Below are positions 8,527-16,381 of a DNA stretch of 28,821 nucleotides, in pieces. Positions within the stretch are counted from its first letter, which is position 1; each line of letters starts with the position of its first letter. The notes below the pieces were generated by a model that had not been told where the DNA came from, did no database searches, and was given only the letters and a program-made list of their open reading frames with translations. The translations under genes were made by a program, and so were the position numbers. The stretch lies in assembly GCA_029838215.1 (NCBI GenBank), contig JALGVI010000037.1, positions 1 to 28,821 on the forward strand, given 5' to 3'. The DNA comes from Candidatus Helarchaeota archaeon (GTDB lineage: Archaea > Asgardarchaeota > Lokiarchaeia > Helarchaeales > RDOG01).

Positions 8527-10068
8527 TCACGGAGCAGAGACTTGGCTAAAATGCTTTTTTCTCTCTCTTTTTCGGTCCAAATATTGGAGCAAGTATTTCA
8601 TTGATCTTGCTAATCGATTCGTGGAAGGAAAGTGCGGAATTCCATATTTATCAAGAAATTTTCTCAATCCTTGATACTGCCAGATGGTATTTTTATCTTC
8701 ACGATCCACGATGGGAATCACCACGATCGTCTTACCGGTCTTTTTCTTGATTCTTGCAAGCGACCGGCCAAAACTCGGAGTGAAATCGCCCGGATAATAA
8801 CCCGTTGTTAAACGAGAAAGAAAAAGAACGGGAATGCCAATGTCTATTTGGTCTTCTTTAAGTGCGATTTTCATCGAGTCCAATAGATATTCAGGCATGT
8901 GGCCGAGCGCACCAATATCTATTGGGTTTCTGAAAATGGTGTTTACATCGTTCAAAAACTTAGTTAAAGATAGTTGTGCTTCTTCAGAAATTGCTGGAAA
9001 CGTGAGTCCACTTGCAGAAAACATGTCCGCCATTTCCACCGACATACCTCCCCCCGGCACGACCGTGCACGTCCGCCGACCTTTTGGAAATCCGGAATAT
9101 GTCAAGTTTGTGAGAAAATGGGACATGTCGAAAAATTCTTGTGCGTTTTTAACGGCAATGACATTTACCTGCTTAAAGGCACCATCATAGATCTCCTGCG
9201 CTCCAGCCATTGCACCAGTATGAGAACGACATTCAATGGCACCGATCTCAGTCCTTCCTCCCTTGAAAATGATCACGGGCTTTTTCTCGCTAACTCGTTC
9301 CAAGTTTTCAAGAAACTTGCGGCCTTTTTCTCGAGTTTGGACACTCTCCAGGTAAAAACCAATAACCCGGGTTTTTGGATCGAGCTCGAAAAAGTTAATG
9401 AAGTCATTCATGTCCAAATCTATCATGTTTCCAACACTAACACCCAAGTTTATGCCCAATCCACGTTTTTCTGCATATTCAATCGTCCGATGGGCAAAAC
9501 CACCAGATTGCGTGAAAAAAGAAAAGCCGGGATGCGCGCCCGTGTGAAGTCGGTCTATGGTCATGTTGAAATTTAAATCAATTTGGGAATTCAATGGACC
9601 AAAACAATTGGGACCAATCACCCGCGTTGTCTTGTCTTCTTCCAGTATCTTCTTAATTTCCTCGGAGTATTTCATTCCTCTTTTTCCCACTTCAGAAAAA
9701 CCGGAAGTATAAATGACCATGAATCTTGCCTTTGCCTCGATGCACTCCCGTAATAAATCTGGTGTCAAGTTGGCACGAATTGCACAAAGAACAATATCGA
9801 CCCGTTCGGGAATGGATTTCACGTCCTTGTAACACGTCCACATGTCCCAGAAAACTTTTCCTTCGTGTTTAGGATTGACAGGATAAATTTTCGGATCTCT
9901 CTTGACGCCATAACCATACTTCTTATAAGCATCTAAATAAATCGAGATTCCCCAATTCACAGAAAGTCTAGCACCAACTACGGCAATACTCTTCGGAAAG
10001 AATAGGGAATAAAGGAAATGCTTCGATAATTCATCACGATATTTGTTATCATCGTCGAGATTCGGCAA
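8527..10068 (-). CDS. acdA: ADP-forming acyl/acetate-CoA ligase alpha subunit (CoA-binding + ligase domains)
   Basis: PKSIAVVGA, IYPVNPK, SGFSEVG, RVIGPNCFG, QSGG, KPVIIFKGGRT, phospho-His motif SHTGAMAG, NPIDI; no ATP-grasp domain; TTG start. Confidence 0.88.
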   Translation of the reverse strand: MPNLDDDNKYRDELSKHFLYSLFFPKSIAVVGARLSVNWGISIYLDAYKKYGYGVKRDPKIYPVNPKHEGKVFWDMWTCYKDVKSIPERVDIVLCAIRANLTPDLLRECIEAKARFMVIYTSGFSEVGKRGMKYSEEIKKILEEDKTTRVIGPNCFGPLNSQIDLNFNMTIDRLHTGAHPGFSFFTQSGGFAHRTIEYAEKRGLGINLGVSVGNMIDLDMNDFINFFELDPKTRVIGFYLESVQTREKGRKFLENLERVSEKKPVIIFKGGRTEIGAIECRSHTGAMAGAQEIYDGAFKQVNVIAVKNAQEFFDMSHFLTNLTYSGFPKGRRTCTVVPGGGMSVEMADMFSASGLTFPAISEEAQLSLTKFLNDVNTIFRNPIDIGALGHMPEYLLDSMKIALKEDQIDIGIPVLFLSRLTTGYYPGDFTPSFGRSLARIKKKTGKTIVVIPIVDREDKNTIWQYQGLRKFLDKYGIPHFPSTNRLARSMKYLLQYLDRKRERKKHFSQVSAP

Positions 10069-10209
10069 TAAATTCCACCTGACTTGGAGCTCTTATTTGC
10101 CATCACAGGAAAGATTTTCTATTTTAATCTATGGTTTAATAATGGATTTCGAATGAGACATTAAATAGAATAAGAAACGTGAAAAGAAAGCATTAAATTC
10201 ACATCGGTT

Positions 10210-10221
10210 TATACATGTATA
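10210..10221. promoter_or_regulatory. 12-bp perfect palindrome TATACATGTATA in the acdA / HExxH-gene divergent promoter
   Basis: Read directly from the sequence; overlaps a TATA-like element. Confidence 0.4.
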
Positions 10222-10266
10222 TCTAATAATATCACCATTAGTTTATCATGACCACCACATCCTGTA

Positions 10267-11085
10267 ATGATCGGGGAATCAAGCATGAACTCCACAGGCA
10301 ATTCCAAAAAAAACGAGATTCTGAGAGAAATGGGCTTGATCAATTATAAAAATAAGATTGAATTTTTTGATGAAGATGGTTTTGAACAGCTTGAGAAGTT
10401 TCTTACAAGACATGGTTATTCTCTGAACTGCCTTGGAAGAATCGAGCGGGCTCCTGAAGAATGGGGAAAAGGACTCTGTGATATTTATGAAGAATGGCTG
10501 ATCATTGATTTGATAAGTTCTTCCGAAGCAATAAAAATCATCGTTCAAGATCAGAAACTCATTTCACAATGCATTTACTTGCTTAGATTGGACGAATACG
10601 TGATAATCTCAAGCGATGAATACATTTATCACGAGCTTTACCACGTAAAAGATTCACTCCATCATCCCGAACTGAAACTTTACAAGAAGCGATTTTTAGA
10701 TGGATTGGATTCAACCATCGAGAACCGCCAGATCATCGCAGATGCAGTTTTGGACACGATTCTCGATTACACGATCGATACAAGGTTAAAAAATGAAAAA
10801 CAATTGGATTATAAGAAAAGATATGAACAAAAGATGAACAAGATGCTTGAACTCCGCTGGAATTTTCCCCTTGCAATGAGTTTTGAAATCTTCATATTAT
10901 CAGAAGGCAAAATTCCGGAAAAAATAGCGAATAATCCATCAATTTTTTGGCCTTTGGAATTGTTATATCAAGATGAGAAACTGCAGGAGTTCCTACGAAC
11001 AATCCGCGGTAATTTTCTTTTTGATCCTCTTCTTGAAGACTTGATTTGCATGATAAACCGCCTTCGGGAAAACTTGCGAAAATGA
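10267..11085 (+). CDS. Hypothetical protein with a zincin-type HExxH motif (putative metallopeptidase)
   Basis: YHELYHVKD at 10630-10644, followed about 40 aa later by DTILDYTIDTRL, a candidate third-ligand helix. Confidence 0.5.
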   Translation: MIGESSMNSTGNSKKNEILREMGLINYKNKIEFFDEDGFEQLEKFLTRHGYSLNCLGRIERAPEEWGKGLCDIYEEWLIIDLISSSEAIKIIVQDQKLISQCIYLLRLDEYVIISSDEYIYHELYHVKDSLHHPELKLYKKRFLDGLDSTIENRQIIADAVLDTILDYTIDTRLKNEKQLDYKKRYEQKMNKMLELRWNFPLAMSFEIFILSEGKIPEKIANNPSIFWPLELLYQDEKLQEFLRTIRGNFLFDPLLEDLICMINRLRENLRK

Positions 11086-11133
11086 AAAAAGAGAATCATG
11101 AACTAATGCACAAATGAATTCATGAACAAAACA

Positions 11134-11142
11134 TATATAAAA
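11134..11142 (+). promoter_or_regulatory. Candidate TATA box (TATATAAAA) with an A-rich BRE-like element upstream
   Basis: gaacaaaacaTATATAAAA lies in the intergenic region upstream of the 11284 gene. Confidence 0.45.
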
Positions 11143-11174
11143 CTCACAGATCAATACATAATTAATATCATGGA

Positions 11175-11190
11175 TTGATCCATGGATCAA
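11175..11190. promoter_or_regulatory. 16-bp perfect palindrome TTGATCCATGGATCAA, candidate operator
   Basis: Perfect inverted repeat about 33 bp downstream of the candidate TATA box and about 95 bp upstream of ATG 11284. Confidence 0.55.
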
Positions 11191-11283
11191 GTCTTCAAAA
11201 ATGCAATAGGTCGCATTTTTTTAAGGGACAAAAATCCGTGATCGTTCCAAGTCAGTGCAAAAGGAAACCGAGGTAGGAGTAAA

Positions 11284-11874
11284 ATGATGCACGTCAAAAT
11301 CTTGAATGAAAAGTTCGTAAAAGAACATGTCCGAGCTGCTCATGCATATTATGAAAAATACAAATTAGATCCAAACTTTTCAGTAATTGCCATTGATTAC
11401 GTGATTCGGTACATTAAGGTCATCATGCCTGCCATTCCTCGAGACACGGAGGTATTATATGCGGCAGCTTATTTCATAGCACTTAAACATCCTTTTAGCT
11501 ACCCAAATTATCATACAAAAGAGAGCCATGCAAGGAAATTTGGCATCAAGGTTTCAAGCCTTAGCTGGTACGTACAACGGATTTTGGAGGATATTAATTT
11601 TATAAGGCTTCATGACGATCAGGCTCGTCCATATTATATTGATTCTAATAGCTTAATCTCCGCAGTTCTTCATTCCATCACTTCTGCGTCTCTACATGAA
11701 CACCTGATAAAAACAATCGTGAATGAAACCCTTCCCGATGTCTTTGAGGTTCAAGAAAAAGTCATTAGCACGTTAATTGAAAATTTGAGAATAATTCCTG
11801 AGGTCTTCAGGAGAGAATTACAATTTTACGTCCACGACCTCATCAAGGATCAGATCACGGCATTTAATGGATGA
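11284..11874 (+). CDS. Divergent single cyclin-fold / TFB-repeat protein lacking the Zn ribbon
   Basis: Residues ~17-104 align by eye with both repeats of the TFB in this window: RDTEVLYAAAYFIA vs RSIEAMVAASVYAA / KDPTGLAAAAIYIV; HTKESHARKFGIKVSSLSWYVQRILEDI vs RTQRKIAEVAHVTEVTIRNRYKELIKKL. GGAG precedes the ATG. Confidence 0.6.
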   Translation: MMHVKILNEKFVKEHVRAAHAYYEKYKLDPNFSVIAIDYVIRYIKVIMPAIPRDTEVLYAAAYFIALKHPFSYPNYHTKESHARKFGIKVSSLSWYVQRILEDINFIRLHDDQARPYYIDSNSLISAVLHSITSASLHEHLIKTIVNETLPDVFEVQEKVISTLIENLRIIPEVFRRELQFYVHDLIKDQITAFNG

Positions 11875-11889
11875 AAGGAGACAATATAG

Positions 11890-12198
11890 GTGTCCAATGC
11901 CATTAAGCTCAAAAAACAGATATTGAAGGATACCATTAGACTGCTCTTAAAGTGCAGAGAAAGGAACGATTCATTCGTGACGGTTCGAAAATTGCGCCGT
12001 CTCTTAGAACGAACTGAAAAATATCAACAATGCACTACCAATTATTTGTCCAATCGCGTTGCAATGAGTCTTGATTGGTTGAAGAATTATGATTACATCG
12101 AACAGCACGAAGAAAACATCCCAAAAAGGTATTTCATTCCAGATCGATTTGAAGACAAAGTTCGTGTCTTATTAACAATGAGTGATGTGTTCTCATGA
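11890..12198 (+). CDS. Small basic hypothetical protein, probable winged helix DNA-binding domain
   Basis: FVTVRKLRRLL...SNRVAMSLDWLKNYDYIE...PKRYFIP fits a wHTH. GTG start after GGAG, 15 bp after the previous gene. Confidence 0.55.
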   Translation: MSNAIKLKKQILKDTIRLLLKCRERNDSFVTVRKLRRLLERTEKYQQCTTNYLSNRVAMSLDWLKNYDYIEQHEENIPKRYFIPDRFEDKVRVLLTMSDVFS

Positions 12199-12273
12199 TC
12201 ACGTGATTTTTCAGAAATCATTCCCATGTTCTTCTAATAAAAAGATCACGAAACTAAATAAATGAACGATGAA

Positions 12274-12738
12274 TTAAATCTTTTTAATTTTCTTTGGCAT
12301 TGTCGAGGAAGATTCATTTTCCAATATTTTATCGAAATCGACCCATTCCTTTCCATCTACATAAATTTTCTTAGGTTTCACGTACTTGTGTGTCGTGAGC
12401 TTTTCGAATTTTGAAAAGGATATGAATTGCTTTTTTTTCTCTAATTCCTCTTCAGACTCCTTAGGAGCATCATGAGGCATGAGACTTTCACGCACGGCAG
12501 GATTCAAAACCGTTGAAGCACGAATGATGAATTCCCGAACTTCTATTTCAGTTAAATTAAATTTCGTGGCTAACCACTCACAGGTTGCACCCAACTGATA
12601 AAAACGCTTTAATAGGTTTGCCAATTTATTCCTATAATTCAAAAATGCATTCTCACAGTTTTCACTGCAAAACCGTTGACTTCTCTTTTGCAATTGTTTT
12701 CCGCAAACCAAACACTCGGGTTTTATCTTCCGACCCAT
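12274..12738 (-). CDS. Zn-finger (CxxC...FCSxxC) plus HTH-like protein
   Basis: CLVCGKQL...RFCSENC is treble-clef/TRASH-like, followed by GATCEWLATKFNLTEIEVREFI (HTH pattern). Confidence 0.6.
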   Translation of the reverse strand: MGRKIKPECLVCGKQLQKRSQRFCSENCENAFLNYRNKLANLLKRFYQLGATCEWLATKFNLTEIEVREFIIRASTVLNPAVRESLMPHDAPKESEEELEKKKQFISFSKFEKLTTHKYVKPKKIYVDGKEWVDFDKILENESSSTMPKKIKKI

Positions 12739-12999
12739 CTCTCCAACCAGACATTCAACTCAATTCTTAATCATAAACCTTGGTAAACGAATGAATATTT
12801 ATTTTTAAAATTCTTCGATTTACATCAGATCTTTAAAAATAAGATGAAGAATTACATTTTAATTCGATCTTGCGTGATATCAAACCTGCAACGTCAAATA
12901 ACAACGATTCTGTTATATTGGTTTAAAATCAGTCCTCCTAATACCACGTGTGTAAACAATTTGGTTACAAATTGGATAAAATTGCAAGTAAGATTTATC

Positions 13000-13016
13000 A
13001 GTAAGAATCTCTTACT
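13000..13016. promoter_or_regulatory. Inverted repeat AGTAAGA-atc-TCTTACT, candidate toxin-antitoxin autoregulatory operator
   Basis: Perfect 7-bp arms ending 7 bp before the antitoxin ATG; a further AGTAAGA half-site lies at 12987-12993. Confidence 0.6.
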
Positions 13017-13023
13017 TTTAAGT

Positions 13024-13245
13024 ATGAATATTAGTAAGGTTAGTAAAAAAGGACAGATAGTCATTCCACGTGAAATAAGAGAAAAATACAATATAAAAGC
13101 GGGAGACGTACTCTTATTTAGAATGGAAGGCGAAAAAATCATCATCGAAGTTTCACGAGAAAATATGAAAGATATATTAAAAGAAGGGAAGCCATTAGAG
13201 CCAAGCATAGAATTCCAGAAAAAACTTAGAGATGAGTGGGAATGA
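13024..13245 (+). CDS. AbrB/MazE/SpoVT-family antitoxin (VapB)
   Basis: MNISKVSKKGQIVIPREIREKYNIKAGDVLLFRMEGEKIIIE. The true start is ATG 13024, not 12844. Confidence 0.93.
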   Translation: MNISKVSKKGQIVIPREIREKYNIKAGDVLLFRMEGEKIIIEVSRENMKDILKEGKPLEPSIEFQKKLRDEWE

Positions 13246-13661
13246 AAATAAGCCTCGACACCAATATCTTCATTGCAATAAAAAATAGGGAAAAGGGATT
13301 TCAATATTGCGAACGAATTCTTGATGCAATCGATGATGGCTCTATAGAATGCGTCGAATCCACGATAATTCTTGCAGAAGTACTTGTAGGCTTTTATAAA
13401 AACAAAGAAAAAAGAGAAGCGGAAAAGTTCATGAATCATTTCATGCAAGTCTATCAAGTCATTCCAGTGGTTGCAGATATTTCTAGAGAAGCTGCAAGAA
13501 TAAGAAGTGAAAATAACATCAAACTTCCTGATGCCATAATTATAGCAACAGTAAAATCAGCTGACGCATTGTATTTAATTACAAATGACAATAGAGTTTA
13601 TAATTTAGAAGAAATTCAAGTAATGACACCCCGTGAATTTGTGGAAAAACATCTTGAATGA
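13242..13661 (+). CDS. vapC: PIN-domain ribonuclease toxin (VapC)
   Basis: ISLDTNIFI, STIILAEVL, IKLPDAIIIAT, LITND give the acidic PIN tetrad; ATGA overlap with the antitoxin stop. Confidence 0.93.
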   Translation: MKISLDTNIFIAIKNREKGFQYCERILDAIDDGSIECVESTIILAEVLVGFYKNKEKREAEKFMNHFMQVYQVIPVVADISREAARIRSENNIKLPDAIIIATVKSADALYLITNDNRVYNLEEIQVMTPREFVEKHLE

Positions 13662-13960
13662 TTTTTCTCGTAATTTTTCAATTCTCATTCAGTAACAGAA
13701 TTTGTTGTTTTTCGAGCAAACGATTTAAATAGGAATTGCAAGCATAATTTAGACATCTAAATAATAAATTGCGATTTTGGTAAAGTGTAGTTCTCAGATC
13801 GGTAGATTTCGGAAGAAAAAAGTACAAAAATCGGAAAAAAAAACAAGAATTGCTCGCACTTTGAGATTTATATTAATAACCAGACATGAGTAGTAGATCA
13901 GAATTACATGTAAATATATGATCATGTTTTGTAGATAATTTTTGGAAATTATTTACAATA

Positions 13961-13972
13961 AAAATATATATA
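13961..13972 (+). promoter_or_regulatory. Candidate BRE/TATA element for tfb
   Basis: AAAATATATATA about 160 bp upstream of the tfb ATG; other AT-rich candidates exist nearby. Confidence 0.3.
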
Positions 13973-14132
13973 GACGACTGGATCAAATCCAATGGTATGA
14001 TTTAATGTACTAATTTCAGGAACAAGAAAAGATTATTTGAATCATTCCCTTGAGAATTCACTTGAAGAAACCCCCTCTAGGGCGAGAAATATATCAAGTA
14101 AGAAAAATTCAAGTAAAGAAGGTTGAATAAAA

Positions 14133-15074
14133 ATGGCAGAATTAAGAACCGACGTATCGAATAATGAGCGTATCGTCTGTCCAGAATGCGGTAATGATAC
14201 GGACATTGTGAACGATGTTAACCGAGGGGAGATAATTTGTGGGAATTGTGGGATTGTGATTGATCAGCGCGTGATTGATCAAGGTCCTGAATGGAGGGCG
14301 TTCACGTCAGATGAGCGAGATAAGAGGAGTAGAGTAGGGTCCCCCACTAGCTATACGATCCACGATAAAGGTCTTTCGACAATGATCGATTGGCACGACA
14401 AGGACATTTATGGCAAGAAATTACCTCCAAAGACCCGAGCTGCTGTGTATCGAATGCGAAAATGGCAGATTCGCACGCGAGTGCATTCAAGCATCGCACG
14501 TAATCTAGCTCAAGCAATGGCAGAACTAGATCGCCTGAGCTCCCAATTAGGGATTCCAAAAGGCGTGAAAGAAACCTCCGCCGTAATGTATCGGAGAGCA
14601 ATTGAACGGAGACTAATTCGTGGGAGAAGCATTGAAGCGATGGTCGCTGCTTCAGTTTATGCGGCATGTAGAATTCGAAAAGTTCCCCGAACACTAGATG
14701 AACTTGCAAAATTTACTCGCGTCAGCAAGAAAGAATTGGGACGTTCATATCGTCTCATGATACAAAAATTGGGCATAAGCATTCCAACTGCAAACGCTAA
14801 GGATTTCATCTCCAGATTTGGAGCAGATCTTGAGCTTTCGGGACGCATTCAAAAGAAAGCCTGTGAACTTATTGATCTTGCAACCCAAAAAGGAATAACT
14901 GCTGGAAAAGATCCAACAGGTTTGGCAGCCGCCGCAATTTATATTGTTGGAATTCTTGAAGGCGAGCGACGCACGCAACGCAAGATTGCAGAAGTTGCAC
15001 ACGTGACCGAAGTGACGATTCGGAACCGCTACAAGGAACTCATTAAGAAACTGCGCATCTCCGTTGAAGTTTAG
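14133..15074 (+). CDS. tfb: Transcription initiation factor IIB (TFB)
   Basis: Zn ribbon CPECG...CGNCG, B-reader IDQGPEWRAF...RSRVG, HDKGLST, two cyclin repeats (RGRSIEAMVAA; GKDPTGLAAAAIY), TEVTIRNRYKE. Confidence 0.98.
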   Translation: MAELRTDVSNNERIVCPECGNDTDIVNDVNRGEIICGNCGIVIDQRVIDQGPEWRAFTSDERDKRSRVGSPTSYTIHDKGLSTMIDWHDKDIYGKKLPPKTRAAVYRMRKWQIRTRVHSSIARNLAQAMAELDRLSSQLGIPKGVKETSAVMYRRAIERRLIRGRSIEAMVAASVYAACRIRKVPRTLDELAKFTRVSKKELGRSYRLMIQKLGISIPTANAKDFISRFGADLELSGRIQKKACELIDLATQKGITAGKDPTGLAAAAIYIVGILEGERRTQRKIAEVAHVTEVTIRNRYKELIKKLRISVEV

Positions 15075-15155
15075 AGGTCTAAAAACTTCAATTTATTTTT
15101 TCTAAATTTTACAAAATTAGTGGCTAGAAATAAGAAAGAAAAAATTTCCTTGTTT

Positions 15156-16097
15156 CTATTTTACAGAATCTTTTATGAGCAGATAGCACAAGCTACCGAA
15201 GGTTTTATCGACATTTTCGCCAGACTTTGCAGATGTTTCTATATATGGGATGTTCAAAGCTTCGGCTTTTGCCTTTCCTTCTTCGATTGTAACAACACGG
15301 TTCGGTAGGTCTATTTTATTTCCCACGAGAATGAGGGCAAAGTTCTTTGTTGATTTTCGAATGTCCTCGATCTCACTGACCCATGAATCAATATTCTCAA
15401 AGGTATCCCGACGTGTCACGTCATAAACCAAGCATCCACATTGCGCTCCGCCAAGGTATTTCTGCCGTACTTTTAGAAACATCTTTTGACCTGCAAGATC
15501 CCAAAGGTTTAAAGTCACGGAAACAGCATCGGAAAGTTGATATTGCTTTGTTAAAATGCCGACCCCAATCGTGGATTTATAGTCCTCTTTAAATGTTTTT
15601 TCAATGAATCGCCTTATTAAACTTGTTTTTCCAACAGCACCGTCGCCTAAAATTACCATTTTAAAATGAAATTTTTGAGGTTCAGACATGGAAGGAAGAT
15701 CTAGAAGAACATCTTCATTGCCTAAGTCTATGATTTGCTGAATCTTCTCAGCAACGATATAGGTCCAAGGCTGAACTTTATCGGTATCGGCATCAACATC
15801 AGTCAATGTGGTTAAAACGGCAGATTTGCCGCATAATGTAAAAATAAACTTTCCATTTTCAGTTTCAATCACGGCACCAAGATGTTGTGTCCCCTCAGAA
15901 AATTCCTTGTTTATCCGCTGGCTGGCATCATTGAGCATGGCACTACAAGCAGCTACGGCCATTTCATCGTTTTCTTCTTTCATTGAGCTTGACATCGGCA
16001 AACCATCATGGTCATATACAGCGACCGCAATTATCGAAGGAACTCGAGTAATATAATTCTTCAAGAGAGTATCCAATTTCTCTGCAACTGTTGGCAT
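15156..16097 (-). CDS. Roadblock/LC7 domain fused to a Rab-like small GTPase
   Basis: N-terminal ~125 aa roadblock (IIAVAVYDHDGLPMSS...IETENGKFIF). GTPase motifs G1 GDGAVGKTS, G2 STIG, G3 WDLAGQ, G4 NKID, G5 ETSAK. Confidence 0.93.
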   Translation of the reverse strand: MPTVAEKLDTLLKNYITRVPSIIAVAVYDHDGLPMSSSMKEENDEMAVAACSAMLNDASQRINKEFSEGTQHLGAVIETENGKFIFTLCGKSAVLTTLTDVDADTDKVQPWTYIVAEKIQQIIDLGNEDVLLDLPSMSEPQKFHFKMVILGDGAVGKTSLIRRFIEKTFKEDYKSTIGVGILTKQYQLSDAVSVTLNLWDLAGQKMFLKVRQKYLGGAQCGCLVYDVTRRDTFENIDSWVSEIEDIRKSTKNFALILVGNKIDLPNRVVTIEEGKAKAEALNIPYIETSAKSGENVDKTFGSLCYLLIKDSVK

Positions 16098-16381
16098 GAA
16101 AAACCCTTCAGTCCCATTATCTCATTCGAGTTATTACGAATTATTTCTTGTATTTATTACGACAAGACATGTTATTATCGTTCTATCTATAAAAGCCTTC
16201 ATTAACTAATTTGATTAATGCTTTAAAAATTTACCATCACGACTTACTGAGTATCACACATCATCTCATTAAATATCAGGAATTAGCTACTAAGAGAAAA
16301 TAATAAAACGAATTTCAAAAATACTTTATCAACTTCAATTTTGAATTGCTAAAAAAAGACTTATAACGGTAGGTGTAATTA

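Noticed and set aside
12198-12207. Palindrome ATCACGTGAT (and CACGTG at 12944-12949)
   Set aside because: It is short and lies at a convergent 3' junction, so it is within chance expectation.
12844-13023. 60-aa N-terminal extension of the AbrB antitoxin and the antisense ORF 12894..13457
   Set aside because: The AbrB domain starts at 13024; the extension covers the operator/promoter and has no protein-like pattern.
10267-13661. Possible provirus or integrated element
   Set aside because: No integrase, capsid, replication gene or flanking direct repeats were found; kept only as an alternative explanation.
13662-14132. 470-bp intergenic region examined for a tRNA, ncRNA or small ORF
   Set aside because: I could see no cloverleaf, C/D box pair, stable hairpin or credible ORF; it is treated as terminator plus tfb promoter.
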